Part shown: in pieces, positions 36,210 to 49,288 of the stretch | Layout: every line of letters begins with the position of its first letter | How positions within the stretch are numbered: position 1 is the first letter of the stretch | NCBI RefSeq assembly: GCF_964355755.1 | Contig: NC_092678.1 | Location: 22,337,365-22,401,364 of the forward strand | Direction of reading: 5' to 3' | DNA: 64,000 nucleotides | Source: Antedon mediterranea | Taxonomy: Eukaryota > Animalia > Echinodermata | Notes under the pieces: generated by a model | The model's input: only the letters and a program-made list of their open reading frames with translations | What the model was told of the DNA's origin: nothing | Database searches by the model: none | Translations under genes and position numbers: made by a program

Positions 36210-36985
36210 TGATATATCAAGCAGTCAAAGATTCTGGGTCTGATTCTTGGTTTGGGCGGCTGTTTCTCAATTTCAGATTTCCTCACTTAAAGACCCCTTC
36301 CCTGCAATTTTGGACGTTTTTTGGAAAATAATACATATATATCACTTTAAAAACATTAAACCATGTCATTCCTTGTCTTAAATGTACGTTTTATGGTAAA
36401 TTATGATAAAAAGTGAGAAACAATGCACTACCTAAGTAGCTCGCGGCGATCGACCTCTCGTGGACGGTCTTAGGCCTAGCCTAGCTAGGCTTAGTTTTGT
36501 AGGCCTAGCTGGTAAACATCGGTAACGTACGAACATCGTACGCGAGCTATATACCTAGCCTGACATTGTATAGTTGCTGCATTAATTGTCTTTCTATTTT
36601 TGCCAGACTCCGTTGATACAAATTGGGGAAAACCCGGTATTTTCGCTGAAAAGTTAGGAGTCTTCCATTTGTTTTGGCCTCACGATCGATCGAAAAGTGG
36701 GCGAATTACAGGTGAAAAACAAAAATATCAATCCGCGCGCAATGCATTTTGGGATTTATAGCGGGCCGCTATAATTATTAGAATCGACTTATTTTTCACA
36801 TTTTTAACCGTTTAAAGACGAAAAAAGTTATCGCAATAGGACCATATAGTATTATTTTTACATTAAATATAGTTTGTGATCTTAAATTAGATCTAAAAAA
36901 CGTAGGGAATGGGGCTTTAATCTTTACTGTTTACAAAGTAATTAATTCATTTCCAGAATATTACTAGGTGGTTTAGGGTTTATGA
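36210..36985 (+). mobile_element. tRNA-derived SINE remnant split by a Kolobok-like insertion
   Basis: ATATCAAGCAG..AAGATTC, TTTCTCA, TTCCTCA and AATTAATTCATTT match the SINE at 47459 on both sides of the insert. Confidence 0.55.
36291..36916. mobile_element. Kolobok-like non-autonomous DNA transposon
   Basis: TTAA at 36287-36290 and 36917-36920; AG...CT termini; imperfect TIR AGACCCCTTCCCTGC / GTAGGGAATGGGGCT; CpG-rich interior. Confidence 0.75.
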
Positions 36986-38246
36986 TGAATGATGATATGT
37001 ACCAAATTAATTCCACAAGTATCATAATATACAATGCACAGAGTGTAGGATAGTCATATCCCTATCTTTGGTCATGGGACTAACTAATTATATTCCATGC
37101 TAAACCACATTTCCCATTAGTACAGCTACAGGCCTTTTGGCATTCCATACTGTCTAAATAATCATATACATACTTTTTCAATTATAAACCGTGTGGTATT
37201 CTTTAGCCAGATTGGCCCACTTATGTATGCTGGGTCGCTGCCATGTGGAGAGAATGTTGTAATTAGGAAATATTCTTATTAACAATTCTCATCCAATCTG
37301 ATGTTATTAGGCAATCAGTTGTTTCTAGTGGTCGCGTTTCATCCCCAGGGTTTGAAATAAATTCTTCGATTCATAGTCACAAATTGTACATAGCGTCCTA
37401 CATAGTGTTTTCATGTTTTATCGGCCGTATTTACGTGCATACTCTAAAACAGCTATCCACACAGCTGCCTGTGCAATTTTGCTACAAAATATTGTTAGTA
37501 ACCAATTCCATTCAATTTTAACGTTCTCCACTCCTCCCTCTGGGAAAAGCCTTCTTGCATTTTGTCGCCAATATCCCACAATGCAACATGGCACGTAAAC
37601 TTTTGCTTTGAATTTAATGAGGACACGAGGATTAACAACATGGTTGTTGCGAACGAATCTGTTTAATTAAAAGTTCGTTCTAATTCTGATAAAGACAATA
37701 TTACTGAAGCCCCAACCTAAAAATAGTCTTTAATTTGATAAGACACTTATAGTAGACCAACATTAAATTTCAAATTCTTGAGTTTAAGATTTTCTAAATT
37801 AGACTTAAGTAATTACCAGCAGGTTGTTAACCCTTGTCAATCCATCAATAACGCAAGTTAGTAACGCTTCTATTTTTTTTCCAAAATCGTTGAAGCATTG
37901 CTGATAATATTCGTAAACAATAGATTTTGTCTTTGTAGTTATGAATTGGAAATGTTGTTGGCATATTGCCAAGAATAAATTGCTGCACAAAATTATGGTA
38001 TATTAGCTGGTAATCATAAATTTCAAATAGCATAGCATATATGCATTATGATATCATTTCAATGTACAAACATAAAACTTTATGATATTATAATGTAATA
38101 TATATTTTAAAAACATTCTAAATATTAAATAGATATATTATTTGTTGTTTGTTTTTTAACTATTGTTCCCTTATCTATCATACATTGGTATGTGAGATGT
38201 TTAGCTGTTGGTGTGTATATACAAATTAAAACATTTATTAAAGAAC

Positions 38247-39336
38247 CAGGCGCGGATTCAAGGGGGGGGGGGGGCCACGGGGGCCCGTTCCCCCCGTCAT
38301 CAACACGGAAAAAAAATTTGTAAATGAAAAAGTAAAAAAAAAAAGTTTTTAGATTAGAAACTGGGTAACTTCTGTCAGTCTGTTTTACTGCCGAAATACG
38401 ATAGCTCAACAGACACGTTTAATATTTGTCTAGACAAAACCAAGCACACGTGCTGTAACAAGTTTGATTTGCTTGCTGCCTCCACCGTCGTGACACCAGT
38501 CTGCGTGACACACACTATTCATCATGTCTAAAAAACAGAAGGTGCAACATCATTTAACCTACTATTACTGTATAATAATAATATAGTATTTAGGCTATCC
38601 TGCGATATTTTTGCTATAAAATAAGAGACCCACGGATAACCGATATGAATAGTCTAGAGTAGTAGTACTCTCTATCTGGTACTAGGCCTAGTAGTAGAGG
38701 AATGTGCGCAATGAGCGGGAGGGATTTGAGGCCGGGAACAAAGGTGAACGATCCAAACTTATTTTCATTGCGGTCCAAGCGTCGATATCTAGACTGTATC
38801 AAGTTACAAGGGCCAAAGCGTGTAGTTACGCACTACCCTGGTGGTGTCCCTTTGTACGAATTAATTAAAGTTATAATTCTATATTTAGAAGTTGGCCCAG
38901 CTTACGCCGCCGCGGGCGTCGATATCTGAGTCATGCCCTACATCCAGGGACCAATACGTAGTTACAACAAAGCGATATCCTCCCTATTTGTAAGAATCAG
39001 CAATTCATTCGGAAAGCGCAGTGTACTAAAATGTTCATTCAGAAGGCGAGCGCAGAGAAATGCATATTCATAATAATGCTCCCCTAAAATGGGACGAAAT
39101 AGGACGCCCTCACTCAGATTTTCAGAGAAAGTCTTTGGGAAAAATACTTTCGCCACCCTGAAGTTCGGAACTGTGAATAGGTGAGGTGTGCAAGACCCTT
39201 TACAGATGATCAAATCAGAGTGCGTTAGTGATCTTGAACACCATAAAATGCATTTTTTTTCTGGGCTTCGCCCAGTGTATTTGCTCTCTGCGATCACGTG
39301 TGCCCCCCCGCAAAAATAATCCTGGATCCGCCCCTG
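38247..39336. mobile_element. hAT-like non-autonomous element with 5-bp TSD
   Basis: CAGGCGCGGATTCAAGG...TCCTGGATCCGCCCCTG; AGAAC at 38242-38246 and 39337-39341; G- and C-tracts inside the ends. Confidence 0.82.
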
Positions 39337-39983
39337 AGAACGACTACGGATCTATGGAAAACCTAATTCCAAATTTCTTATAGTTCTTAAACATTTATAG
39401 GCACCATGGACCAATAGAAAACCTAATTCCAAATTTCCTATAGTTCCTATAAAATAAAGAACATTACACTTTTGTATTTACTTTCATCCATCCACTATTG
39501 ATTCCATTATTATTATTTTATTTATTTATTCCTTCTACTCTTCCTGGTAAACCAAAGATGAATTAAGTCTTGTAAGTTTGAACTCCAGTGCCTCTAGGCT
39601 GTAAATCCAATTTGTGGATACAACTCTCAATAATGTCATAAACATGGTAAATGAACCGTGGCAAGGTGTCGTATCATCCATACAAACATACATATGCTTT
39701 AATCCAATCATTCTTGTTTTATGTCATTTGTGTTTACTTCACTATCTAATCAAAAAGTTCTTTTAATAATTTCATGTTCAAGATTTCGCTTGATTAATCG
39801 TAATTTGCCGGTTATCAGATTTAACACTTTCGTCTTTCTGATGGTAATTTCGTGGTCGTAGATTGCTCTTTGGCTAATTTATCAAGATGTTGGTGCGTCA
39901 GAGTCCTACTTTCGATCATGTGATTGTTGGATTTGTTTCCCATTTTGCAATTTCAAATCGTGTTCTGGCTGTTGGATGTTTAA

Positions 39984-40140
39984 AGCTCTGTCTACACTAT
40001 CAAGCTACTGTAGTTTGACACAAAAAAACGTGCCCAAAAATGGTAGTAATGTGCCCAAATATGGTAGTGATATGACATCATCATGTCCATATGGGCACAA
40101 CACATTTTTTTGTCACAAAGTTTGATAGTGTAGACAGGCT
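39984..40140 (-). mobile_element. MITE family B
   Basis: Both TIRs present; TAA at 39981-39983 and 40141-40143. Confidence 0.88.
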
Positions 40141-41442
40141 TAATGTCAATTTCACACAATTTTTTTATGATACCCAATTTTTCTTTCATCTATTCATGAC
40201 TCCCTCTTTCTCTATTTGATGTAGCCCTCTTCATGCCTTAGCCAATCGTTTCTGTTCTTTGCTCAGATTTGTTTGTCTATTTTGGAAACTTCACACCTTA
40301 AAACTGTGGTGTGGTCAAAAAAGAAAAAAACATGACATGTGTTGATGTGTTTGTTTGGTGTTTAAATTCTCATAATTCTTTCATTCATTTGTCATATCTA
40401 TTTTTATTAGAATCAGTTCCTTGCTAATTGTAAGTTGAGTGCTTTAAGTCTGAACATACTATAGTAATGTGGTAACAAGTACAAATGGCAAAGATTGCTT
40501 ATGAATATGTACTTACTTACTTAATTAGTCCAGGAATTAAGTCCCGAACTTAATATGTGACTAGAAAAATGTACTATTTAGGTATATTATAGACAGGATC
40601 ACCAGTTTAATATCCTATCTATAGGATGAGAAAATAAACAGAAGTGAAGAACTTTTAAATCTGCGACTGGCACTTTGCCAAATCTTAAAATCTCTAATTA
40701 TCATCACTCCATCAAAGTCAAGCATTCTGCATTATTAACTGAACGACCTTGTAGATGTATACTTCTAAATCTTTCATATTTTCAAACAACGTTTTAAAAG
40801 CAATGTAAACTAAAAAGTGTACAGTAATGTTGTTCTTTATTCTAGCTAAAAAAATATATTTTTTCCTTATTAATACAATTCAACCGCAAACCAGACAAAA
40901 CAGAGCATCATATTTATATGTGACACATTGACAATTGTAATGGTTTTTGTTACTTATTTATTTATCTATTATCAGAGCAAACAAACAAGTATTTTTTATA
41001 TGCAAATGACAATAAATGGAAATAATTTTTCATGAATGATTGAATGAAAATAATCCAGCCTTCGATGCAATTCCACAACCCCCAGTCAGACAAAAAAAAG
41101 CATGCGTCCTATAGTAATACGATATTGCAAAAGAGAATTTTGTATATTTTTATGACAATTAAGATGTAAAAAGGAATTTGTTGGTATCTGTTGTAGTAGA
41201 TGAGTAGATTTTAATGAGCCGTCAATACCTAATTTAAAAGATAGTTGCACTGTATGTTTGTGACATCTACAGCTATAAAAGCAAACATGATCATAAATGG
41301 CTGGCAAAATTTCAATTGTGGGTTGCAAAGATCGTAAATCATAAGAGAGAAAAACCTAGTGAGGCTTCAGCTGTGCTCACATGTACTACGTGCATTACAG
41401 AGCTGATCCCAATCATATCAGAAACATTAGTTAACTCTCTTA

Positions 41443-41535
41443 AGTCCTGTCTACACTATCAAACTAGTGTGATGTGCCCAAATAATGGTATTGATATGAC
41501 ATCATCGTCCGTATATGGGCACATCATACTTTTGA
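41443..41535 (-). mobile_element. MITE family B fragment
   Basis: CTGTCTACACTATCAAACTAG...GATATGACATCATC...ATGGGCACATCA. Confidence 0.7.
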
Positions 41536-42017
41536 TGTTTTACAGTATATCAAGTTTTATAATGCTCATGATATTTTCCTCATGAGCAAAACCTATCAAA
41601 ATTTAAAAAATACTCTAATAATAATTATACTCGTAGATTAAACACAGGAAAACCTTATATAGCGGAAACACCATTCCATACAGATTAAAATCATGCCATC
41701 CAAATCCAAGCATTCTTTCCTGTTGCGGTAATCCTTACATGAAAGCTTTCGTTTTATCATATGAATATATTAAGCCATTCATTGTAATATAACTATATAA
41801 TTCTTTACTATTATAATAGCCAATTGTATACATTGTATTTAAGAGGTTAGAGACCTGGTTTATTTCTAAATCTATTATTATTTTTATTACCAACTGCTTT
41901 TTATTTTTAGTTTATAATATTATAGTACTGCTTTTTGTAAAAATCAAATAAGTATGTCTCCATCACCTCAAATCCAACAAATAGTAAAGATTAAACTTGA
42001 AAAAAAATTTAAATCCA

Positions 42018-42206
42018 AAGGCAAATTACTGAAAAAATGACAATGCGGTGGGTATCAGTGTCTGGATTGCAACAATGGAGATACAAAAAAAAAAAGAAAA
42101 AAGCTATAATTAAATTACAACGATATAAAAAGTGAAATAGCCAAACAACAATAAGTTACAAACAGACAAACAGAGGTGCTAAGCTTTCGGAAATTACTTT
42201 TCCTTC
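42018..42206 (-). mobile_element. hammerhead-associated repeat fragment (Penelope pseudo-LTR-like)
   Basis: Reverse complement aligns with 47731-47861 (TGTATCTCCATTG...CACTGATACCCAC.GCATTGTCATTTTTT.AGTAATTTGCCTT) and begins GAA-GGAAA-AGTAA-TTTCC-GAAAGCTT. Confidence 0.65.
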
Positions 42207-43494
42207 AAAATATTAAGGCCTGGATGGATTTCTTGGATTCGTTTGAAGTTGATGTGGTTGAACTTTGTTAAAGTATATTTATAAGATAAATCTCTTTAAA
42301 ATATGTTTTATTTTAAGTTGAATGTCAACATAAAGTACTTTAACGCTATTATCAATAAATTGGCAAGAGAGTTTGCTTTCAGTTCAGTTTCCAGCAGAAA
42401 GTAGGCCGAGTGACTTCGGTTTTATTTTTAAAAAGTAATATAAAATCACATTCATAGAGAAAGTGTAAACCACCCATTGATACTGGAAATTAATTTTTAA
42501 ACAGAAAAGTGTAATACTGTGTACATACAGTATATCTGTATGTTTCTGAATGCAAGCCAACATAAAATTATATACTTTCGGTCTAAATATACTTTCCGTG
42601 CTACATTCATGTGCTACCCTTGGCTTGCTTTAAAAAATAAAGTTTTAGGTTTTCTAGTTACAGAATTTACATTCAGTAAAAATGTTTACTAGTAACTTTA
42701 TTTCTGAACTTAGGTGGGCTTCAGGGCAACAGTGAATTATGGGATGTGTTTATACTGAAATAAACAAATGTAAAAGTACTTGTCAAGTATTTCCGCTTGC
42801 ACTCAGTTACAGAAAATTGCTCTTAAAGAATATTTATTTAACATCTTACACGATTTGTTTGTTTGGCGGCTTGCCAACACTAATCAAAGAAAATATAACT
42901 TGTGAAAAGTCATTTCGGATCTGGATGCAAAGAATTTCCGAAACACAGCGAATAATAAGCGAGTTAGTGTGGCGTGTAATGTCCTTGTCGTTTGCAAAAC
43001 AGACTGTAAGAAAAATTGTTTGGTTTTGCTTAACTGACCCAGAAAAAGTAAAAATGCCTCATAACCTTAATCTTTTGTGCTGCAAGGTTAAGGGCCTGGC
43101 ATGAAAAGGCAGACTGGATCTAATTATTGACAAAAATTTCCCTTGAAATTCTCCCCTAATCCCAGTTTTCAGGTTACTCAAATAAAATATGAAGAGAAGC
43201 CAAGCAGGTCGCGCCAGGTCACTGACACCCATTGGTAACAGCTGGCAAGTGGTAAAGGACAGGTTTTTGCCATAGGTTATAACCCAAGTAAAAAACCTAA
43301 TGGATTATGTACAAATAACGTTTCCATAGTAACTAAGCACATTTTTAGACTGGAATGTTTCAAATGTGTACAGATTTAAAATGTTCTGTTAAAACAATTT
43401 CCATATGCATCAGCATATTAAAAGTAAAATCCTCTTATATTTGTAAGTGATAATTGATCTACTGAGATTTACCTTTAAAATAAATTAGTATTTT

Positions 43495-43713
43495 CAGTAG
43501 ACCCTCTATGAAGGGGCCACCGTCGGGATCTAGCAAAGTGTACCCTCATATAGGTGTTTTTTTTTTAAATTCTGTATGGGTTTGTCATTTTGTTGAAACA
43601 TATATTTCTTCTCATATTAGTATTAACAAATATATTTTCTCTCATTTGCTTCAAGAAAACTATCCCCTTATGTGTTCCCTTAATAGGGGTGTCCCAAAGA
43701 GGTGGTTCGACTG
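43495..43713. mobile_element. Tc1/mariner-type MITE, family C
   Basis: CAGTAGACCCTCT...GGTGGTTCGACTG followed by TA; internal CCTTAATAGGGGTGTCCC. Confidence 0.65.
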
Positions 43714-46170
43714 TATTTCTGATTTTAGTAAATAATTGCATTTTTATTTAATTATATATTTCTTTACATTTAGAAAACAACGCTATGAAAGGAATATATA
43801 ACTCTGTTTTGAATAATCAACCATAATATTAAGGTATGTTTCCCATAAATACATTTTATACAGTGTAATATTATGTAAGATAAACAAGTTAGGATACAAT
43901 AACAATATCCCTTGGCAAAATCCCAATAAAAACAAAAATGTTCATAATATAATTTTGGATAAGAAACAGTTAAAAATGTTTCCTTTCAGTGTTGTTTCAC
44001 TATGTAAGAGATAAGCCAGCCACTATTTTGAATGATATTTCTATATGGACATGCTGGTTGGTTTGAACAACAATAATATCCAACTAATAAACTTTTAGGT
44101 GACTTGCCTTTGGCAATAAATTTTATGATTTCCGTTGTCGTGTATATGTAGCCAACAAAGTACATGTATGATGTGCCAAAATAAATCAGAGATGAAAAGA
44201 GATTCGAAAAGTGTTATTAGTACCAAAAAAGGTGTATGATCGATACATATACTCATATGCTATGAACAAAAAAATTTGAGCAGATGTGCTAAATCTATCG
44301 GTAGGCGATAGAAAAGGGATATTGGTATCTATAGGCCTTTTTATTTATATGGTATGATAGGATAGACAGATACCTTTTTTAGTCAAGCTCCTGTGAATAC
44401 TGTTCTGGTGAGCTCTCATATGCAAGTCAAAGTGCTGGAGAACGGAAGGGGTGTCAATGGTTCTCTGCTCTTCTTCTATTTTTTGTTGTTGGTTATTTTA
44501 AGTTATTTTATGAATCATTTTTGTGTGTAAAGCTCTTAGAAACATTGTCTTATTTATTATTAAGCTACACCACCTTATATAAGAAGTTTGACAAAACAAT
44601 AACAACATTTCGTCACTTATTCTGTTGATTGTTGCTTTACCAAAATTAACAAATCCCCTCCCCTCTAGGGATTGCATAATAACATAATTTCAAAACTTTC
44701 TAAACTTTTCTTGCCTAGTTGTTGACGTTCAAATAAACTGTTGTTTGATTTTTATCAACCTTCCCTGAGGTACTACCGTTTGTGTAGTTCTTTTTCGATG
44801 AGAAACTCAGATTCCTATCACTGAAAGTGGATTGTGAAAGGTTTCATATCACATCGTTGCTATCAATATTGAATCATATCCGCAAATTCTCAAGATTACC
44901 CCTTGGGTCTTGGTTTCCGGTGTTTGCCAACCGCTCAACCTTCGGAGAATTAAAAACACAGAACAAATTTTCTAATTAATATTTGTTTTTAATTAATTGA
45001 CACCTTAATTTGAAGGCAAAGGTCAGAAAGCTACAATACAGTGAATAGGTTTATAATGATCTTGGAATACAAACAAAATATTCAATACCGGTACTTAATA
45101 TTTGTCATCAGTACTTTATAATACTGTATATACATTTATAGGCCTAATACAATCATATAAAAATGTAAATACTGTATATAGATTGGTAAACCCTTTTTTT
45201 TATTATAAATTTAAGGGAATTTTGATTATGCCCTCTACATAACCATGGTAGCCACAGTGCAGCGCCTAACCCCAGCAAACGACTTCCCTAATATTTTTAG
45301 TAACATTCACTGTATGTATTTGAGACCAACAGCTTTACATCCTATCGGAAAGATGAGGCACTTGGTTCTTGGTACTGTATCTATCATTATTTATCCAGTA
45401 TCATGGTCTCGTTCCTTGATACAGAATTGTATGTGTGTCACATGTGACTTACCTTGTTCTTACAGTACAGTATCTGGCTTACAGTAATCGACTCATAATA
45501 GATTGATAGCGCAATTGTTTGGGGATAACTGTTTGATTGTTTTTAAATTTTATTATGAACAAGTTTCATTTTGAAAAATATTTGTCTTCAACTTACTTGT
45601 CAATTTGAAAATGTGAAAGTTGTTGAACAAGAATGGAATCCTCTGGTTTTGATTAGAACGTGACAAGATATTGTGATGATTTTGTGCCTGATCTGTTTTC
45701 GTGTTGTTACCTTTCTCATTTTATCTGCCTGATTTGTGTTGTGTTGTTACTTTTCACTTTTCTACATGACTTGTTCCTGTGTTTACAATCCCTGTTGGAT
45801 TATATAATACTTTATTGATGAGAATTTTGAGAGGAAAATCATTTTAACTCTTGCAAAATACAGATTATTTCGAAAACATTACTGGATGTAATCTTTTAGC
45901 TTGATTTGTTTTATGCAGTTTAAAATTGGTCATGATATTTAGATCCTGTTTATAAAACATAAATGGACGATGTGCTTGAAAAGATTTAATGATTTTGTTA
46001 ATTGTTCATCCATTTGTATTATTATGTCATTTTTTTAATTTGTGAATCCGCTATTATCAGTAGTCAGAGAAGATGTAATCGAGGGTAACAACTTCAAGCT
46101 CAAAACACATAGTTATTGTTAATACAGTAGCGATAGAAAACTGTCAGAATGCAACAAAATGTTCCCTTAA

Positions 46171-46446
46171 AGATATATTGTCCTAAAAAAACATGTAAAA
46201 TGAAGATTAATTAAATCAGACTTTGAATATGTTATTTTGTAGTTTTAATAAAGTTCATCACTCCAATAGAGAAAAAACGGAAAAAAAATCACATTTTCAC
46301 TTATAAAATGACAACAAAAATGTTAAAATTCAACAAAAAAATCCATTGGCTGGCAGCCAATTTGACCATTTTTTTGCTTTAAATTACATTTATTAAATTA
46401 TGATTTTATTGATCTTCATTTTTCATGTTTTTGGGGGAAAATACAT
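46171..46446. mobile_element. Kolobok-like MITE, right tip missing
   Basis: TTAA + AGATATATTGTCCTAAAAAAACATGTAAAATGAAGATTAA is inverted-complementary to TTGATCTTCATTTTTCATGTTTTTGGGGGAAAATACAT. Confidence 0.6.
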
Positions 46447-47458
46447 GATGTCCCGTGATGTAGCGTCAAAACATTTTGTTTGTTTCTCAAGGGACAGAGT
46501 CTTTATTAGGAGTGTCCCTGAATAGTTTTTAGCATATCTATTAATGTATACTTAAACATTTGGTATAATGTTTTTCTCTAGGCCTCCCCCAACTGTTTTA
46601 TTCAAGCAGTCAATAAGCTCTATGGTATAGGATGATGATAATCAAATCACCATTATGTATTTTCATTCATAACATCAGAAATATGAAAGTTGTGACTCCT
46701 ACTGTAGATTGGAATGTGAGATTTTGTTTTGAAATAAATGAACGTGACATGTATATGTCATGATTTTGTGCCTGATCTATTTCGTGTTGTTGACCACGGC
46801 TTGAGTTGCACTCCCCCATGATCTAGGCCTAATCAGCGATAACAATTGTTCACTCATGAACGACTCCTACCACCGGAAATAACCACTTCGCCTGGCACGT
46901 TGCTATCGATCTAAATACAGCCATTCATCTCGCTCATTGGTCGAAGTACTATTGTACAACTAACTAATTACTTATTAGAGCGTAAGATGTGATGGTCGTA
47001 TTAATTGCTGATTGGTCGATAGTGCGAGAGGAAAACGGAATGCTGTAATTGTTATTCGGTGGTAAAATATCACCTTCCAGCAACTTAAAGGGAATCGTGT
47101 CATGCTTGAACGATTTAATATGTTATTATTTATTTTGGTTGTCTGCAATCAGTAGGAATAATAGCATAGGCATGTGTATTGTTTTTTTCTCATTTCCTGT
47201 TACTATGTTAATTAGTGACTGTGTATGGGAATTGGATTTCTGTGACGAATTCTTAACATTCTAATTAATTAAAACCCAAGAATATATTGTTATTGAGATG
47301 TTTCACACACAAATACTATTAATTTTGTGTTATTTGACTACCAAATTTACTATTTATTATAAAGACAGGAATTTACATACGTTATTAGTAACTTTTCTCC
47401 ATCTACATCAAGAGTCTGTTTAATTATATTATAGTAAATTGGGTTTCAATAATACCAT

Positions 47459-47700
47459 GGAAGCGCCAGTGGTCTAATGGTTAGGAAATCTGCATATCAA
47501 GCAGAAGATTCCAGGTTCGAATCTCTGTCTTTTTCTCATTCTCACAAATTCCCTCATCTTATCGTTTCAAATGAATTAATTCATTTTTAGTATATCACCA
47601 GACACTGTAGTTTTATAGTATTAAGGTACTCTTATTTAGGATTGTTATATATTATTTCACATTTAGGCAATACCGCTAGATTTGTTGGGTTACAAAATAT
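47459..47700 (+). mobile_element. tRNA-derived SINE
   Basis: A box TGGTCTAATGG (47470-47480), anticodon-like arm TCTGC-ATATCAA-GCAGA, B box GGTTCGAATC (47514-47523); no 3' acceptor strand; body shared with 36210-36985. The 3' boundary is uncertain. Confidence 0.7.
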
Positions 47701-47719
47701 ATATATATGTATGTATCAC

Positions 47720-47760
47720 TTGCACTGATGAATGGCTAGTGTTGCCCGAAAGCTCTGCTA
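47720..47760 (+). ncRNA. minimal type I hammerhead ribozyme motif (degenerate)
   Basis: TTGCA-CTGATGA-A-TGGC(TAGTGTT)GCCC-GAAA-GC-TC-TGCTA: conserved core boxes, stem II GGC/GCC, palindromic AGCT at stem III, stem I GCA/TGC. The stem II closing pair is mismatched. Confidence 0.6.
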
Positions 47761-48285
47761 TCTTTTCTGACTATTTTACTTTATCGGGTTTTTTTTTGTA
47801 TCTCCATTGAGATCCAGTCACTGATACCCACAGCATTGTCATTTTTTTAGTAATTTGCCTTATTTATATATTAGATGTGTTAAGATCTAATAGTCTTTAT
47901 ACATATTTTTATACTTCATTCAAGTGCAAGGAAACGTTAATATTTGCTGTACACCATATTTGTATGTGCATGCCAACTTATGTGTCGTCTCATGGTCAAC
48001 TTGAAGATCAAGCAATTCATTCAACACTCATTTACATCTACTATTTTGCCGTAGGCTACAATACGTTCTTCTTGAGTCCTATACATCTGCAATACATTCA
48101 TTTTCCATTACCAAATGTCACAAGTTTCATATGTATATATCTTGTTGATATTTCATTCACTTAAATGTTGTGCATAAGACGGAATTTAAAAGGAATTTTA
48201 CATATAATCTTCTTAATACGTTGAAAATATTCATTTTCGAAAAACGGCTTGCGTGAAGCTTTAGAGCTGCAGAAGGCATATAGAA

Positions 48286-48801
48286 AAAAAACAACTTTTA
48301 TAATGACTCTTTACACCATAAAGGTATAGATATTATTATCATAATTAATATAATATCATCATCAGTATCATTATCAACATTTTCATCATTATCATCATGT
48401 CCACTTCATCTTTTTACAGTAGTAAAAATTATTATAATCATAATTTAGTAATGATTGAAATTTAAAAAACAACTTTATAATGACTCTCTACACTATAAAA
48501 GTATAGCAATTATTATCATAATTAATATATCATCATCAGTATCATTATCAACATTTTCATCATTATCATCATGTCCACTTCATCTTTTTACAGTAGTAAA
48601 AATTATTATAATCATAATTTAGTAATGATTGAAATTTAAAAAACAACTTTTATAATGACTCTCTACACTATAAAGGTATAGATATTATTATCATAATTAT
48701 CAGTATCATTATCAACATTGTCATCATTATCATCATGTCCACTTCATCTTTTTACAGTAGTAAAAATTATTATAATAATAATTTAGTAATGATTGAAATT
48801 T
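48286..48801. repeat. tandem repeat, three ~165-178-bp units
   Basis: AAAAACAACTTT..TAATGACTCT...CATGTCCACTTCATCTTTTTACAGTAG...GATTGAAATTT at 48286, 48464 and 48638. Confidence 0.92.
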
Positions 48802-49288
48802 TTATATATCTGAAAAAGTGTTTATTATTACGAAATTAATAAACAGTCCCTCAGCTTGATATAATTTAAAATCCTTGACCTTAACCTGCAATAAGATTAT
48901 TAGTAGCCTTAAAAAGATATTGGAAATGTATCCACAGGGTGAACATTTACCCTGAGCCCAACATTATGTCATTCAAAAAAAAACCAAGTAACCATATTCA
49001 GATTGCTTGCATGTACCAAAGAGTATAAAAGGAAGAAACGTGCGCTAGTACATCTCACGCCGTTCGGATGATGGAGTCCTGCCGACACAGAAACGTAATC
49101 GGATCTTATCTGGCAACAGATGCATAAACATGGAATTGCCAACTGTTGTTAAGATCATCATCCATGTTGAGGCCTCCTGTGAGCGACATTCATGTCCCCT
49201 GCAGGATTACATCCGGCGTTGATGGACACGCTTCAACGAGTTAGCCTACTTTTACAAATTTTGATCTATCTGATAGTCATTGGTCTTA

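Noticed and set aside
39560-39615. Minus-strand WIYSLEALEFKLTRLN resembling a Penelope GIY-YIG C-terminus
   Set aside because: Lacks the PxGLN spacing and any upstream open frame or motif; tBLASTn would be needed.
47459-47530. Functional tRNA gene (also 373-445, 52935-52985, 54150-54200)
   Set aside because: Acceptor or T stems are incomplete; treated as SINE heads.
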